Shown one piece after another: positions 1-13,500 of a stretch of DNA of 64,000 bases. Source of the DNA: Chrysomallon squamiferum. Taxonomy: Eukaryota > Animalia > Mollusca. A program made the position numbers and the translations under genes. Within the stretch, counting starts at the first letter, position 1, and each line of letters begins with the position of its first letter. Under the pieces are notes generated by a model. It had not been told where the DNA came from. It ran no database searches and saw only the letters and a program-made list of their open reading frames with translations. The stretch is taken from positions 10,912,001 through 10,976,000 of the forward strand of contig CM022671.1 in assembly GCA_012295275.1 (NCBI GenBank), read 5' to 3'.

Positions 1-4
1 TGAT

Positions 5-14
5 ACAGACAGAC

Positions 15-92
<78 letters not shown>
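5..92. repeat. (GACA)n-(GA)n microsatellite
   Basis: Direct inspection. Confidence 0.95.
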
Positions 93-94
<2 letters not shown>

Positions 95-404
95 TGCCTT
101 AATCTCCTTAACAAGACAAGATATTTGAATGGAATTTTCAGGACAAAGCGAGAATGATATCAGCATTTCAAAGTACATTTGATTCTGTGAAATTTTGATC
201 ATTAATTAATATAACAGTGGCAGAAATCAATAGAAAAGTCTGTCTTGTTTAAAAATCAACAGTTTCTCAATTAATGACTAATGAATTAATAAAATAATTA
301 ATTATAATGTAAGAAATGCTCTTTATTAAAGCTTTATGACATGATTTGGGGAAGGGAGAGCAAATTAAATCCTGCACGAACTCAGATGTATGAACTGTAA
401 TCAG

Positions 405-2000
405 CTTAGTCAGAAACAACAAGGTCTCCAAATCAACAGCTAATGAATAAATCGACATATCAGAATCCACCATCATCCTGATATGATCCTTCTTTCGTCA
501 ATAACAAACTCTGAAGAATTGTTTGCTAGCTTTCAGCATCCATCCTGCCATTGTATGTCACTAACTTCCCCTCCTTCTTCTACACAACTCTATGTTCTAG
601 AATATCTTGCACCTTCGTTCGATCACTACCACTAAAAGAAGAGTCTTTTCAGATTGATTCCACTCCATATTTCTCCAGCTTTCCTTCCAGGCTTAAGCTG
701 AATCCCTCGACACCTTTTCATTTTGCCTTCTGATCAGCTCAACTCTGAGATCATTTACATCTTTTTCCTCAAAGTCATTTACATCTTTTTCCTCTTTATT
801 TCCTCCTCTAAACTATCTACAAACTCTACATTTCTGTTCTTGATGGCCTTCATATGACAGTAAAACATATCCATGATCTCTTCAGTATCAATATTGTTTG
901 CCTTGGTAGATTCAGTTTCCTTCATCAAAGTTTCATTGATGTCAACTGAAAAATACTAGAGTACTGGCAAAGAATGATACTGACTTGATAACAAGCATAT
1001 TCTCATTATGACAGTAAACTGAGCTTTATTTGATACTGAGAACTGCTGGAGTTTGATCAAAGTTGAGTCATCTGTTTTTCAGGGGACTTATAAAATATCT
1101 TCATCTGTGGTCAGTAGACCTAACACCAAAAACTCCATCTGAGCAGTTTTACTGCAACAATCCTTTAAAACATTACTACTGAGCCCACCACAAGAAATGC
1201 CTGACTCAAAAACCTCTACAAGGACATTGTAATACTCTGTTTGAAAATACCGCATATCTTAAAAAGGATGTTAGTCGATTTCCTCGAAACCATGGCATAA
1301 GACATCTGGACAGACCTTTCTGATTAAGAAATGAGGTAAAGCCACGTGGGTCACCTTTGCCATCCTTATAGAGTATCTTATTAACTGCATTACAATATTA
1401 TTAGCTACAAGCAGTCATTTCCAAAGACTTGTTCTTTGTCTTCCCCAAACTTTTTCAGAACTGAACATTTTGAAGATGATTTTTCCTCCCATGTTTTCCT
1501 GCACTAAATGTAATGCAGCACTATTGGCTGCACCACAATCAGTCATTTGTTTGTGATGTTGTTGATTATTTTTGTCCGTAAAATTAGAAAATCTGTTATT
1601 GAAATAAAGTATGTTTCACTTAAACAATCTATGGTTTCAATAATTTGGTTTGCAAAATCTGCTGCAGTCCCTCCTGCGGTATCTCATCTACAGCAGCTGC
1701 AAGACAGTTAGTTTTAGTGGTGAATAGAAAGCTGTTAATGGGGATGCCCTCCTGAATTGTTGCATCAAATCCTAACGAGACATTTTCATTTTCTAATATA
1801 GTGTCTGCTGTTTGCAATTCTACAATGGCCCCAGCCTCACAAGCCCTTCACTGAAGTATATTATGAGGTTTCTTCCCAGCACGGAAAAATTTTCCTTTTT
1901 TTCACAAGAATATTGGAGATGCTTGTGATTAATATGTGCAGCACATCATCAAGAAATATTTATTTTTAGGGATCTATTTATAAGCAACATGTTGGGGAAA
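405..2000 (-). mobile_element. Decayed DNA-transposon (DDE/RNase H-like transposase) relic, possibly hAT-like
   Basis: Intron-less protein-like fragments broken by stops and frameshifts: ELQTADTILENENVSLGFDATIQEG (D1-like), TMTDCGAAN (D2-like), YKDGKGDPRGFTSFL...FRGNRL, ETESTKANNIDTEEIMDMF (E-like), DSDMSIYSLAVDL. Superfamily not established. Confidence 0.6.
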
Positions 2001-4353
2001 AGACCACTTAAATGCTATGGTTATTTTGTATATCTGGCCTTGATTTTACACCAATGTTGTTACACTAATAGGATACTGTACATAATACAATAAATCCCCA
2101 GTTGATCATGTAAAAATATTGATTACACTTTTTAATTTGCAAAAACATTTCTGGAGGATTAAGGGATGTTCTTAAACTGTACCCTAAATGACCATTGAAC
2201 TGTATGTAATATACGAATTTATGAATTTACGAATTCAGAGTTGTTGAGCAAACCAGTTTAAATTCCTGTTATTATCTTAGTTCCTTTTGGCACATTTTGC
2301 TAACAAGCAAAAAACTAAATAATTATCGTTGTTATTGACATGAATGTAACAATGTTTTTTTGATTTTTTTTAGAACAAGGTCTGATTTCTTATATAAAGA
2401 ATGGTGGAGGGCAGTTAGTTTTGTGATCCATCAGTCTTGCTTTCTGTACATGATGATCATAACACTTTGTTTCATGCCTGCAGAACTTGTCAGCAATATA
2501 TTTTATTAATTCTACAACCAGATGTCACTTTGCTTAAAAAAAATAACAACAATTACCAGTTAAAATGTTTTATTTCAAACATTTTAAGATTTACAGTAAA
2601 CATGTACGTAATTTATTTAATAGTAACTATCCAGTCAGATCAACAACAAAACCTGAACATAAATAAATCACAAAATGGAATGTACATAGAATGAAAATGA
2701 CATTATGCAGCGTAAATTGAGGATGCTGCCTAGATGAGTAACATCACATAACAGACATGTTATATACAGCCTAAAATTATTTACAAATCCAATATGAAAT
2801 CTGTGTACATTCCATGAAAACATAAAAAATTAACATCAAACTTTTTTCTGTTCTAAACCTTATAAAATAAGAAAAAAAAAAGAAAAAAAATTCAAATAGT
2901 AAATAAAAATATATTGATAAAATCCCATATTCTTATTCAAAATGTCAAAAATGACTGTCTACATAATAGATGCACTTACTATACAGATATGTACCTCGTT
3001 TTCTGTCACCATAAAAACAAAACCAACAAATAAATCATATTCTTCTCTTTATTATAATGCAAATCAAAGGCAATATGATACATTATTCATTAAAAGCAAT
3101 AATATCTTTAAGACAGCACTGGAAAATATATTAAATTATGTATCTACATATCAACAACCTCATCAACAAACACAAGCTTTCATGATTCGTTACACAAACA
3201 CAAATTACCACACTGTATTTACATTTTACTTTTCAATCACTACAAGTTATCTAATTGTTATTTCATAAGGACTTTCTCAGTTTTGCCAATGTTTCTTCAT
3301 CTATTGACTTGTTACAAATAAATTGGTTAAACAGAGCTAGGAAAAACAACTCTTCCTTTGATACTTGATATATATATCCCTTAGTTTGCTTTCCAGATCT
3401 CCACATTTAATTTGATATGATATGTTCCTAAATAAACAAGGTCAATTATCAGGAAGAAATATCCGATATAACTGTCAAGATGCTACTTTTCTAAAAAATC
3501 TGTAACACATTAAACATTTATTGTCTAGAGAAAGAAAAAATAAACCAAAACATAAACTGGAAAAACTGGATCAGTTTATTAAATATTAAAAAATAAAATA
3601 AAAGGAAGATGAAACAAATACTGGAGATATAATTGACGTGTAACAGAAAAAGACACCATAGTGTCTGAAAAGGAAAGAGTGTATTATGGAATTACAGATT
3701 ATAAAAGAACAAATTCTGTGTTTTCAGGGCCTACAGACTACATATGATCAGTAGTAGGACTTGCCCTGTTGATACAGACAATAAGGTGATTATCGTTTAC
3801 AATGACACAAAAGTATGGAACTACAAATTAAAACACATTTCCATGGAAATAAAACAATAAAATAAAATATCAAAATCATTCTCTTGCAAAAAAAAATGTC
3901 TATGCAATAGTATATATAGAGATATTTAATTTTTTGTTAATACATAACATTACAGTAAATAAAGTAACTGGTTTAATGTGCTTTTATATTTTTTTTTGTA
4001 CTTAAAAAAAATAAATCAGAAATGTAAATTTAAAAAATAACAAAATGATAAAAAACAAAAATAAAAAAATATAAAAAGTGAATAAATAAATAATTTCTGT
4101 GAATAAAAATTACATTATAATTATCTTGAGATCACCATATATCTTCATACTATATGATAACAGTAATGAAAATTAAAGTTTTGAAGACAATGAATGATTT
4201 TTCATTCAGTCATTATTATCTGCAAACTTGTTCAGTTAAAACTATTTTTTTTTAAATTTTAATTATATATATGTATCTTTTTTTGTTGTTGTAATGTATA
4301 CAAATGATACGGGTAAGTAAATGCCCTGCACTATTATCAGACTGAAATGTTTA

Positions 4354-4525
4354 TCAGTGTGACAGACTGTCACCACTGCTCAGACTGACACTGCGCCTGT
4401 ATCGCCATCGTCGAAATGGACTCTGGCTGCGATGTCGACAGTATGACGGACTGGATGAACAACTTTCATCTGAGGTGTCCAGAGGTGGTGTTGGACGATA
4501 ATATGGAACTGGTCTTTTCCTTGCA
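4354..4525 (-). CDS. SRRM2: Srrm234 distal last coding exon, second half of the eMIC domain
   Basis: Acceptor tttaattttag|T GCA AGG AAA AGA CCA GTT CCA TAT TAT CGT gives (S)ARKRPVPYYRPTPP...; stop TGA at 4354. Confidence 0.9.
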
Positions 4526-7500
4526 CTAAAATTAAATACAAACATGTACGTTTAGTGACATGATTTATTATATGAAAATAAAATGAGGTGAATAAATTTA
4601 TTATGGATTATGGTTTAACCATTTTTATACAGAAAACAAAAAGTGGAAAAAAAAATTAAGTTTAAAAAAAGAAACTTTTAGTTAAAAATCTGCGATTGTC
4701 TTAAATATTTTAAATTAAATACATCCAAAAAAAAAAAAAAAAAAAAAATATTCGTATATATATTTTTTTATAATATGATCATAGAATTTTACACAATGGT
4801 TGAAAAGTTAAGGTGTTAAAATAGCTACATCTAAAATGTTTAAAATAGCTTTATACAACATACTGTATAAACAATATAGTCACCACATTCCATTTTAATA
4901 TCATCTTCGGCAGTGAAAAAAAGGTGAAAGATAAATAAAAATTTCAAAATGTAATTATGAATTAGCAACAAACAATTTTAATTTAAAAAAAAAAAAAAAT
5001 GAAAAAATTTCAGTGCTGTAACAAAATCACCAATTGCTATTATTTTATTTATTATTATTTATTTATTTACTTATTATCATCATTATTTTAGAGTATTGAG
5101 ACAAGTAAGGTATAAAGAGAAGAAAAAAATTAACATTATTAGCGGAACTATTTAAAGTTTCTAAAATGTTAATGCTATTTTATGTTAAATGCCTATAGGC
5201 TGAATATACCGACAAAAGACTAGTTAACCGATTAGCAGAAGTTAATTAACTGGTTAGTTATTTCAGTAATAGCATTCATACCTACAAGCAGTACATTAAC
5301 ATGTTTTGGGGGAATTCAGCTAAGTAATGAAAATCTATGAAAATGACAGATGCATGTAAGAATAAATGGGGATATTTTAAAATGTGTTAAATTATATTTT
5401 TATGCATTGAAATGTTAATGCTGAATTATAAAATATCTGCCGCAAGATGTGAATTGATCAAACCTGACTAGTTTCAACAGTATTTTAAAACGTTTAAATA
5501 TAATTCTAGCTATTTCAAAAATTTGAATGATGATCATTTTAATTCTTGCACTCATGAAGAATTATGGTATCAGAGATAGAACTAAACCCAGTTATTAATA
5601 TATTAATTTTAATGTTGGTATAAACTCCAACAAGTGATTTACTGAAAGTAACAAATTAATTAGTTTATTTAGGACTAAATATTAAGGATTATAAACAATA
5701 ATAATGAATTATTGCATTTAACTAAAACAGTTGTAAATTTATGAAGCTATTTATGATGAAATGATTTCAAAATGCAAGATATTTTTTGAAAAATGTAAAT
5801 ACTTTACCAACACCACAAAAACACAAAACATGCAGAATAAAAAAATAATTAAATAAAAACAACAAAAAACAACAACCCCCCCAAAAGAAAAGAAGAAGCA
5901 AACCAAATACATGCAAAATTTGTGATAAAAATGAATGAAAATATGTAAACATTTTAATAAAATAAAATTACTGAGAATAAAGGAAGCACTGTTTACGTGA
6001 TAGAGATAATTAATTGTTAAATGCCATTTAAAACAAAGACATGTTCTTTTTTTGGTTGTTAAAAAATGAAACTCAAAATGAACTATTGTATGAAACAGGT
6101 TTTCCATGTAGTTTAATATGAATTTGCAATAATTCTTTTAAAACTCTTTTTTTTGTTGGGGAGCTTTTCCAGTTACTAGTCAAATCAGAAAATTACTTTA
6201 AATCATGGAAATAATTAAGCCATGTGCAGTTTGCTATAATCAGTTTATCATGCAAAAATGCAGGATATGTTGTTAAATCTGTATTCTCTATACTTGATAA
6301 ATATCATGCACAGTGTAATTGTCACTGCAAATACCCAGGCAGCATTAATGGCAAGAAAACTAAATTGTTATTATCTTCTAATTATAAGAACAAATTAATT
6401 ATAATTTGGATTATTAATTAGTTGTTTTAGTCTTTGAACTGAATTAGTCAAACATCTTTAACAACAGAAAAGAAACTCAACCAATGCTATACCGATGTCG
6501 TAACTTCATTTACTGACTTAATATCGATCCCGCAGTCTTCTGTAGCTTGGAGACCTCGACCAATGCCGAGACAACCTTTGATGTTCATCATTCCTGTATC
6601 TATCCTGTGATTGTGACCTTTTTGAGTGCAACAAAAGAGTAGAACGGAAAAAGAAAATAAGAAAAACAAACCAGAACCAAAAACAACAAAAATTAAAACA
6701 AAAATAGAATTAAAATAATCATGCATGAAACAAAATTTACACAAAAATGAATGTCTTACAACATGGAAGAGTTGAAAGCAAAAATAAAGAAAGACGGCTT
6801 ATTTAAAGTAATGAATATTTATCAGTGTGAAATGCATGCTACATAATATTTACATACAACAAATAAAAATCAACATAAAAGATAAATAACTACATACTAG
6901 TGAATGATTAGAAACTTGTAAAAAATGAAAGAAAAACATAGATGATGAATACAACATCAAAGTAACAATAAAATAAGTTCATTCCTCGCAGTCTATTTTG
7001 TAAAAATTATTTTAAATCAAAGTTGAATTTAACTGTATTCCGCAAAAGAATCCAATTTGACAAATAGACAGTGTATTTGGAATCCATAATACTAATCTGT
7101 ACATCTAAAAATACAGTTTTCTTTTCTTTTTTTGATGATTTTAATCTGTTTTCAAAAACCCTCCTAACAATTACATTTTACATCTGTTATCTTCTTACCG
7201 CAAAAATAATACAGATGTTTTAATTCATCCAGAGACTGTTCATTATTGTTTCACTGTAACTGCTAATAAAAGATGTTTAAAATTGTCTTCTGAAATCTGT
7301 TCCGTCATTCTTTACACAACAAAATAAAGTTTTTGAAATGAAAGTTTCATAACGCTGTTTTTAAAATGCAGCTGTCATGTTCTGACCCTGCAAAAGAAAA
7401 TAACAGACAATAACAAAGATCCTAATCTGACCTTGTTATACGTCGTTTGTCCAGGTGACTAGGAGATCCTTTACGTCTGCGTATAGAGGGACTCCGTGAG

Positions 7501-10500
7501 CATCTTAATCGAGGACTTGAACTGCAGGATCGTCTTTGACTCCGGGAATGAGAATGTGAATAACTTCTAAATATTACAATTAAAAAAAAAAACCATTAAT
7601 TTTTAAATCAAAACAACAAAAAAAGTGGAGAAAACACGTATTAATAATTTCATTACTGGGACACACTTACTATGTTTTAGATTTTACTGCAAAATAATAC
7701 ATCTAGTTTACAACAGATGTTTTAAATCACAGAGATCTCAGTCATTATTATTTCACTTCTAATATGCTGCAGATACTGAAACTATTAAATAACAATATTT
7801 AGTTGAATTACTGGTAACCTGAAGATTAAGAAAATAACCTTTTTCTGGATGAACTGCGAGATCTTGTGTATGAACTTGATCTTGATCTTGATGTGGTTGG
7901 GGATCTGGAACTTCTCCTCCTTGACTTTGGATTAGATCTTCGTCTAGATTTTGAATGTGAGTGTGACCTTGACCTTCTTCTTCTGTCATATCTTAAACTT
8001 GATTTTTTACTTGACAGTAAGTCTGCTATCTTTTCTCGCACTTTAGAGCTAGCACTCTGATGCTTTTCACTGGGAGAAAAAGAACGGCTTCTTTTGTGTG
8101 AAAGTGAAGAAAAAGATGAAATCTTAGAGTCTGTTTGATGGCCACTAGAACTCTTAGATTTTGATGTACCATTCTCTTTAGGATGTCTAAAGCCAAATTA
8201 CAATCATTATTTATCACATTCTACACAATATTTAAAACCAAATTTGGCAACAAAAGCTTGTAAAATACACAGTGACTGGTGTTCTGTTTGAAATAAATCT
8301 GATAGAGATATTCAATAAACAAAATGAAGTATGTATTCACATAACCTGTATAAATAATAATGGTCTGCTCATTTTTGATACAATTTAAAAGTTTTAACAA
8401 TTATTCAAACATATAACACTAAGAGATGTTTGTGAAAACCAATTCCATATTATTTTTTGAAATAATAAATAAAGTAAAATATTTTTTAAAAGTAAACTGA
8501 TCACATTTAGTTTATATTAACATAGTATATTGTATTGAATCATTTTAAAATGTAATTTTGTGAAAAGAAAACTATTTTTTTAATTTATTATATATCAAAC
8601 CTTGATGATGATGATGGACTGTGCGAGTATTTTGTGTGTTTTTTCCGTAAAGGTGAAGTGTGAGTAGTTTTCTGTGTCACTCTCTCACTCTCAGAATTCT
8701 GTCTTTTCTTCTTTCTTGAACTCCTCTCTGAACTTGATTTGTCTGAATTTGGGGAACTGTAAAAAATAAGTGTTCCTTCACTTTATTTGGAAATATTTAC
8801 AAACAGAACTTTACATAAATTATCATTAGTTGTTAATATTTTTTCTTCTTCTAAAAACAAATAATTTTTTTTTATAATTGAGCATTTAGTGTCTGTCATG
8901 ACTACACTTGTGACGTAAATTGCCAATTTTTTTTTTCTCATAAATTTCTTTTCTTCTTGAAAAGTAATTTTACATTAAATTTGATCTTACTTGGAATTGT
9001 CAGAGACACTGTCCATGTCACTGTCCGAACTTGAACTTGACACCTCTTTGTGCTTCTTTGTCTTCTTCTCATCAGATCTTAAATGTAAAAATACCCAACA
9101 TTTTGTTGATGAAAATAAATTCAAATTCAAAAATACATACTATGTACAGAGATCTTTATCTACAAATAATAAGTGAGTATCAGTGTGAAAGATGATGGTG
9201 TAAGCACATCGATAAAGCAGCAGTCAGCATACAGATGTGGTCTGGTAGGTTCACGTTAAAAAACACCTGGAGTGAACTAATTATAAAAAACGACTAGATG
9301 CAAATTTAATTGTAACAGTTTCAACCCAAAGAAGTTATTAATTCAGCTAATATATACTCTGACATATATAAATTACAAGTATTATCAACACATTAAAATA
9401 ATAAAACGATAAATATTATGTATGTGTGCATGTATCCACTTTGTGTGTGCCTCTGTTTATGTATGTTCATATGAGTGTGTTAAAATTGTTCTTGCTAGTG
9501 GAATACATACCTCTTTCTAATTTTTTTACTTTTCTTACGTTTCTTTGAATCAGTACTGAAAAACAGAAGAAAAGTAATGCTCAGATACAAAATGAAAACA
9601 TAAATGTAAGTTAATTATAATATGTATGGAGTTCAACAATATTTATAGCAGTGCAACTGTAGCTTACCACAGAATATGTCTGCAAAAATAAAACACTGAT
9701 CAGTTTTAACAAAGCTTAATATTTAAAAATTATCACTATCGTTTTCAAATTCAAAACAATAAAATGAATGAGAAAAATCAAAGAATACTTTTCTACAAAT
9801 ATTCTGGAGATTTTTCACTTATTATTGTTCTTAAAATAATAATAAATTTACTCCAATCCGTAAAAAAGATTTATTCAGTTAACTATTAATTTAAATTTGC
9901 AATTAATAAACCAGGATAAAGTTCACAATTTTGATGTTGTTTATTTTTTATTTATAATAATAAATATGCTTCTAATTTCAAAATGTAATTTTAATAGTAC
10001 CTGATTTATAACTGTGCCACATAAGAATTATCATTACTTTATTTTTTGAGGGGTGGTGGTAGTGTTGGAGGTGGAGGTAGAGGAATGTTAATATATAATC
10101 AAGAAAAAAGGGAAATAATCTTTATTCAATATTAAAAGTTGTTTGTGCACAAATTATTATTTTGTTTCTATTATTTTGTTTCTAAATAACAACAATAAAA
10201 GTTAATGGTGTTTTGCTCTGTATGTAAACACTGAAAGTTCTTAAAATAATAATTTAATTAAAGGATATTAATTATATGTATAACTGTAAGCTAATACATT
10301 AATAAAGTTTATGAAAGATTCTGTTAGAAACTGGAAAAGAAATGTGACAAATAAACTAATTATTTTCTATTTCAAACACATTAGTTAATATTTTATAACT
10401 AAGCAGAAAGGGAAAGGAACAACATATGATAAACAGAAATGAAAATATTAAATAAAAAACTGTGGCAAAAGACACATGAGCAAAACAAAATACATCATTC

Positions 10501-13500
10501 TACCAAATACACACAATATCCTCATCTTTTCCTCTACTGCATTTAGAAATGAATTACCAATAAATATATAAGACTCATTGAGTAATTCTCCATTACAATG
10601 ATTTACATGTGTTGCAAACATACAGTAGACAGAAGACAGATAAATGATACTTTTTTGCTTACCTGGCCTTTAAAACCACTAGGAAAGGGGGCATTCAAAA
10701 AAGGAGGCATAAGATTTTGAGTTATATTAGCATGGTTACATGAAATGGGATAACCTAGACTGAGCCAAGCTATGCAAAGTGATTAGTAATTTATTATATC
10801 TTATTAGTAATTATATAATTTCTTATATTATTAAGGCTTCATAAAACTAGCATCAAAGCATTTGTTTAAAATACAAATAAAACTGTACCATCCTTCAATT
10901 GTTACTGTTTTTTCTTCAATAACACTTTACTTTAACAAAGGTTGTGTCATGCAATTTTAGCCAAGTTAATAACATCCAACCCATTTACCATTGTTTTACA
11001 AAACTAAAAATATTATCATCTTTTTTTATAACTTCAAGCAATATTATGCCAGTGTACATATAACTTTTTCAATTAAAATAATTAAAAACAAAAATAAGAA
11101 AAGAAATTAGAAATATTGTTAAATGTAAGTGATTTTTACCACAGACTGTAATTTATTTGTATTGGTCCTGAAATCTTACAAACATACAGAACAATATTAT
11201 TTTGAAATAATAAAAAAATATATACCCAAAGTACCATTCTATTTGCACAGAAGTGTGAAAGAATAATAAACAACATTGTGAGAAATAATTCTATATTCTA
11301 TTAGCATTGTTATATAAAAGTATTATATTTACAGTCATATTTCACATACAAAATGATAAAAACGTATTACCCACAATGTGTAAACATCTGTTAAAAATAC
11401 TTCATATAACAATAATTTGTTTTTACAAATCAACATTACCTTAAGTAAAGCCTCAAAGCTACAAAATGCTAAGGAAAAGAAGAAATGCATGAAATATTTT
11501 AAAGCAACAAACCAGTTGTGAATGAAACACAAATAAAAGAAACAAGTTTATCTGTTGACACCATCTTAATAGATGTCAGTTATTTACTTCAGTATTTTTG
11601 CTGAATGTCATTCTTAATGTTTTAAAGCTGCCACTTAGTTGTTTTTTGTTGTTGTTTTTAATTTTGATTTCGAGTACATTCATTATATTTTCATAAAATG
11701 AAACATTTCTGATTAATGTTGTATTTGTCAGTGAATTTGAAAACCTTTCTGCCTGGTGCACATAAACAAATTATGCTATGATAGTTTTGATGAAAAAAAA
11801 AAAGAAATTATTTTCAAATTATATAAATTACTGGATAATATATATATAAAGTGTAAAATTATCAGTAAGAGAAAAGAAAACAGATTACTTCACGTCTGTA
11901 AACTGTAAATAAAAATACAGAAGATGTTATTTATTATTTACTCTTTTTTTTTTTTTTAATTTTTATATTAATGTACAAATTTTGCAATCAAAGCAGACAT
12001 AAAACATTCAACTTCAAATGAAAAAAGAGATAATGTTCAGTTTAATAATGCTATTTTTAAACTTACTAATAATGGCATAATACATAGATCAATTCCGCTG
12101 AAAACACAGAATTTATTCTTTCTTTCTTTAAAATAATAAATATAAAAGATATATTTATCCATATAATATATCCACTAACTTTATTTTGTGAGCAGACACA
12201 ATAATTATAATGTCTTTAGATATATATTTTTTTTAAATAAGTCCAAACTGAGATTCAGTCTTAAAAAAAATATATTTTTAAAGAATTTATGAAATGATGA
12301 ACAATGTTTAATAAACATCACATTTTCAAATTAAAAAGAATCAAACATACAGCTTTATGATATGATTATGAATAAGAAAGCCTGCTTATGCTTTGTTATA
12401 TATTAATGTCTTTTTTTTAATATTCAGTCTGACACAAAGAGAAAAAATATGTCATGAAATGGGAGTCAACCCAATGTGTTAATTCAGAATATATCCTGTG
12501 TGTCAAATACAACACACCAAGCTAATGACATTTAAATTTATTCTGCAAATTCTGAGAGTAATTTCGATAAAGTTTGTTAAGAACATATTTTTCTTAATCT
12601 ATTTACATTCATATTAATACATAATATATACAATCAATAAAATTCAAAAACTATTTATATAGTAAGAAAATTCGAAATGTTACAGTTAATTCAGAAAACT
12701 CATTCAGATCAGTATGAGAGAAGGTTAAAATTAGTAAGTGATTTTGCATTTTTTATTTTTTTATTTAATTATCACAAAATTATTATTTTATAAAATTTTA
12801 TCTTTTGAAATGCTGTGTAAAATATTACAAAAAATAAAGCTACCTGTCATAATTATAAAAACTATAAAAGTAAAACAAAATTGTATATTACTCATTGTCA
12901 ATCTCATGTATATAACAATTACAAATTAAATTTTTTTAACAAAACAATTGTCTTTACAGTTCTCAGTAAGTCAAAACTTAAAATATTACCAGCAATTTAA
13001 AATATACAGATTTAAAAAGTATTTAAATAAATCTAGAGAATGTCAAAAATACAATGATCTATATAATAAGAAGTGGATGATTACATGCAAACATTCAAAA
13101 CAGAAAAACCTTAAACAGAGTTCTAAGTTAAAACTTTAACACAGTCCTTCTGTTATTGCACAAGAAATTTACAGCAAATCCAAAATAAACAGAATAAAAA
13201 TTAAATAAAAAGAATTCAAAAATAAAATAAAACGAAATAATAATAAAATGAAATGAAGTTTAAATAAGAAATAAATAAAATAAATATGACAAAAACGAAG
13301 AGAAAAACAAAAAGATATTAACAATGAGGTCATTTCTCGAAACATATTTAATAGTAATTGTTATTCACGGCTGCATTTAGTTTTGACATAATCAGAAGAA
13401 TTGTGTCAACTTATGCAAGAACCTATTTAATAAGCAAGACAAAAGCACATACAACTTTCAGTCCGAACACTGAGTGCTGCAACAAACAGAACAGAAAAAA

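Noticed and set aside
2437-3268. Plus-strand ORFs 2437-2694 and 2942-3268
   Set aside because: Low-complexity AT-rich sequence antisense to the probable Srrm234 3' UTR; no coding signal.
6487-6744. ORF track peptide MCKFCF...EVTTSV
   Set aside because: Wrong frame. The meaningful reading is the phase-2 RS-like frame at 6518-6617.
7759-8217. ORFs 7759-7989(-), 7866-8060(+), 8026-8217(-)
   Set aside because: Alternative-frame or antisense shadows of the RS-rich exon 7839-8186.
11889-11902. Possible 7- or 14-nt microexon (tttacag|tttacag|acgtgaa|gtaatc, minus strand)
   Set aside because: Donor is weak and boundaries are ambiguous; not distinguishable from chance.
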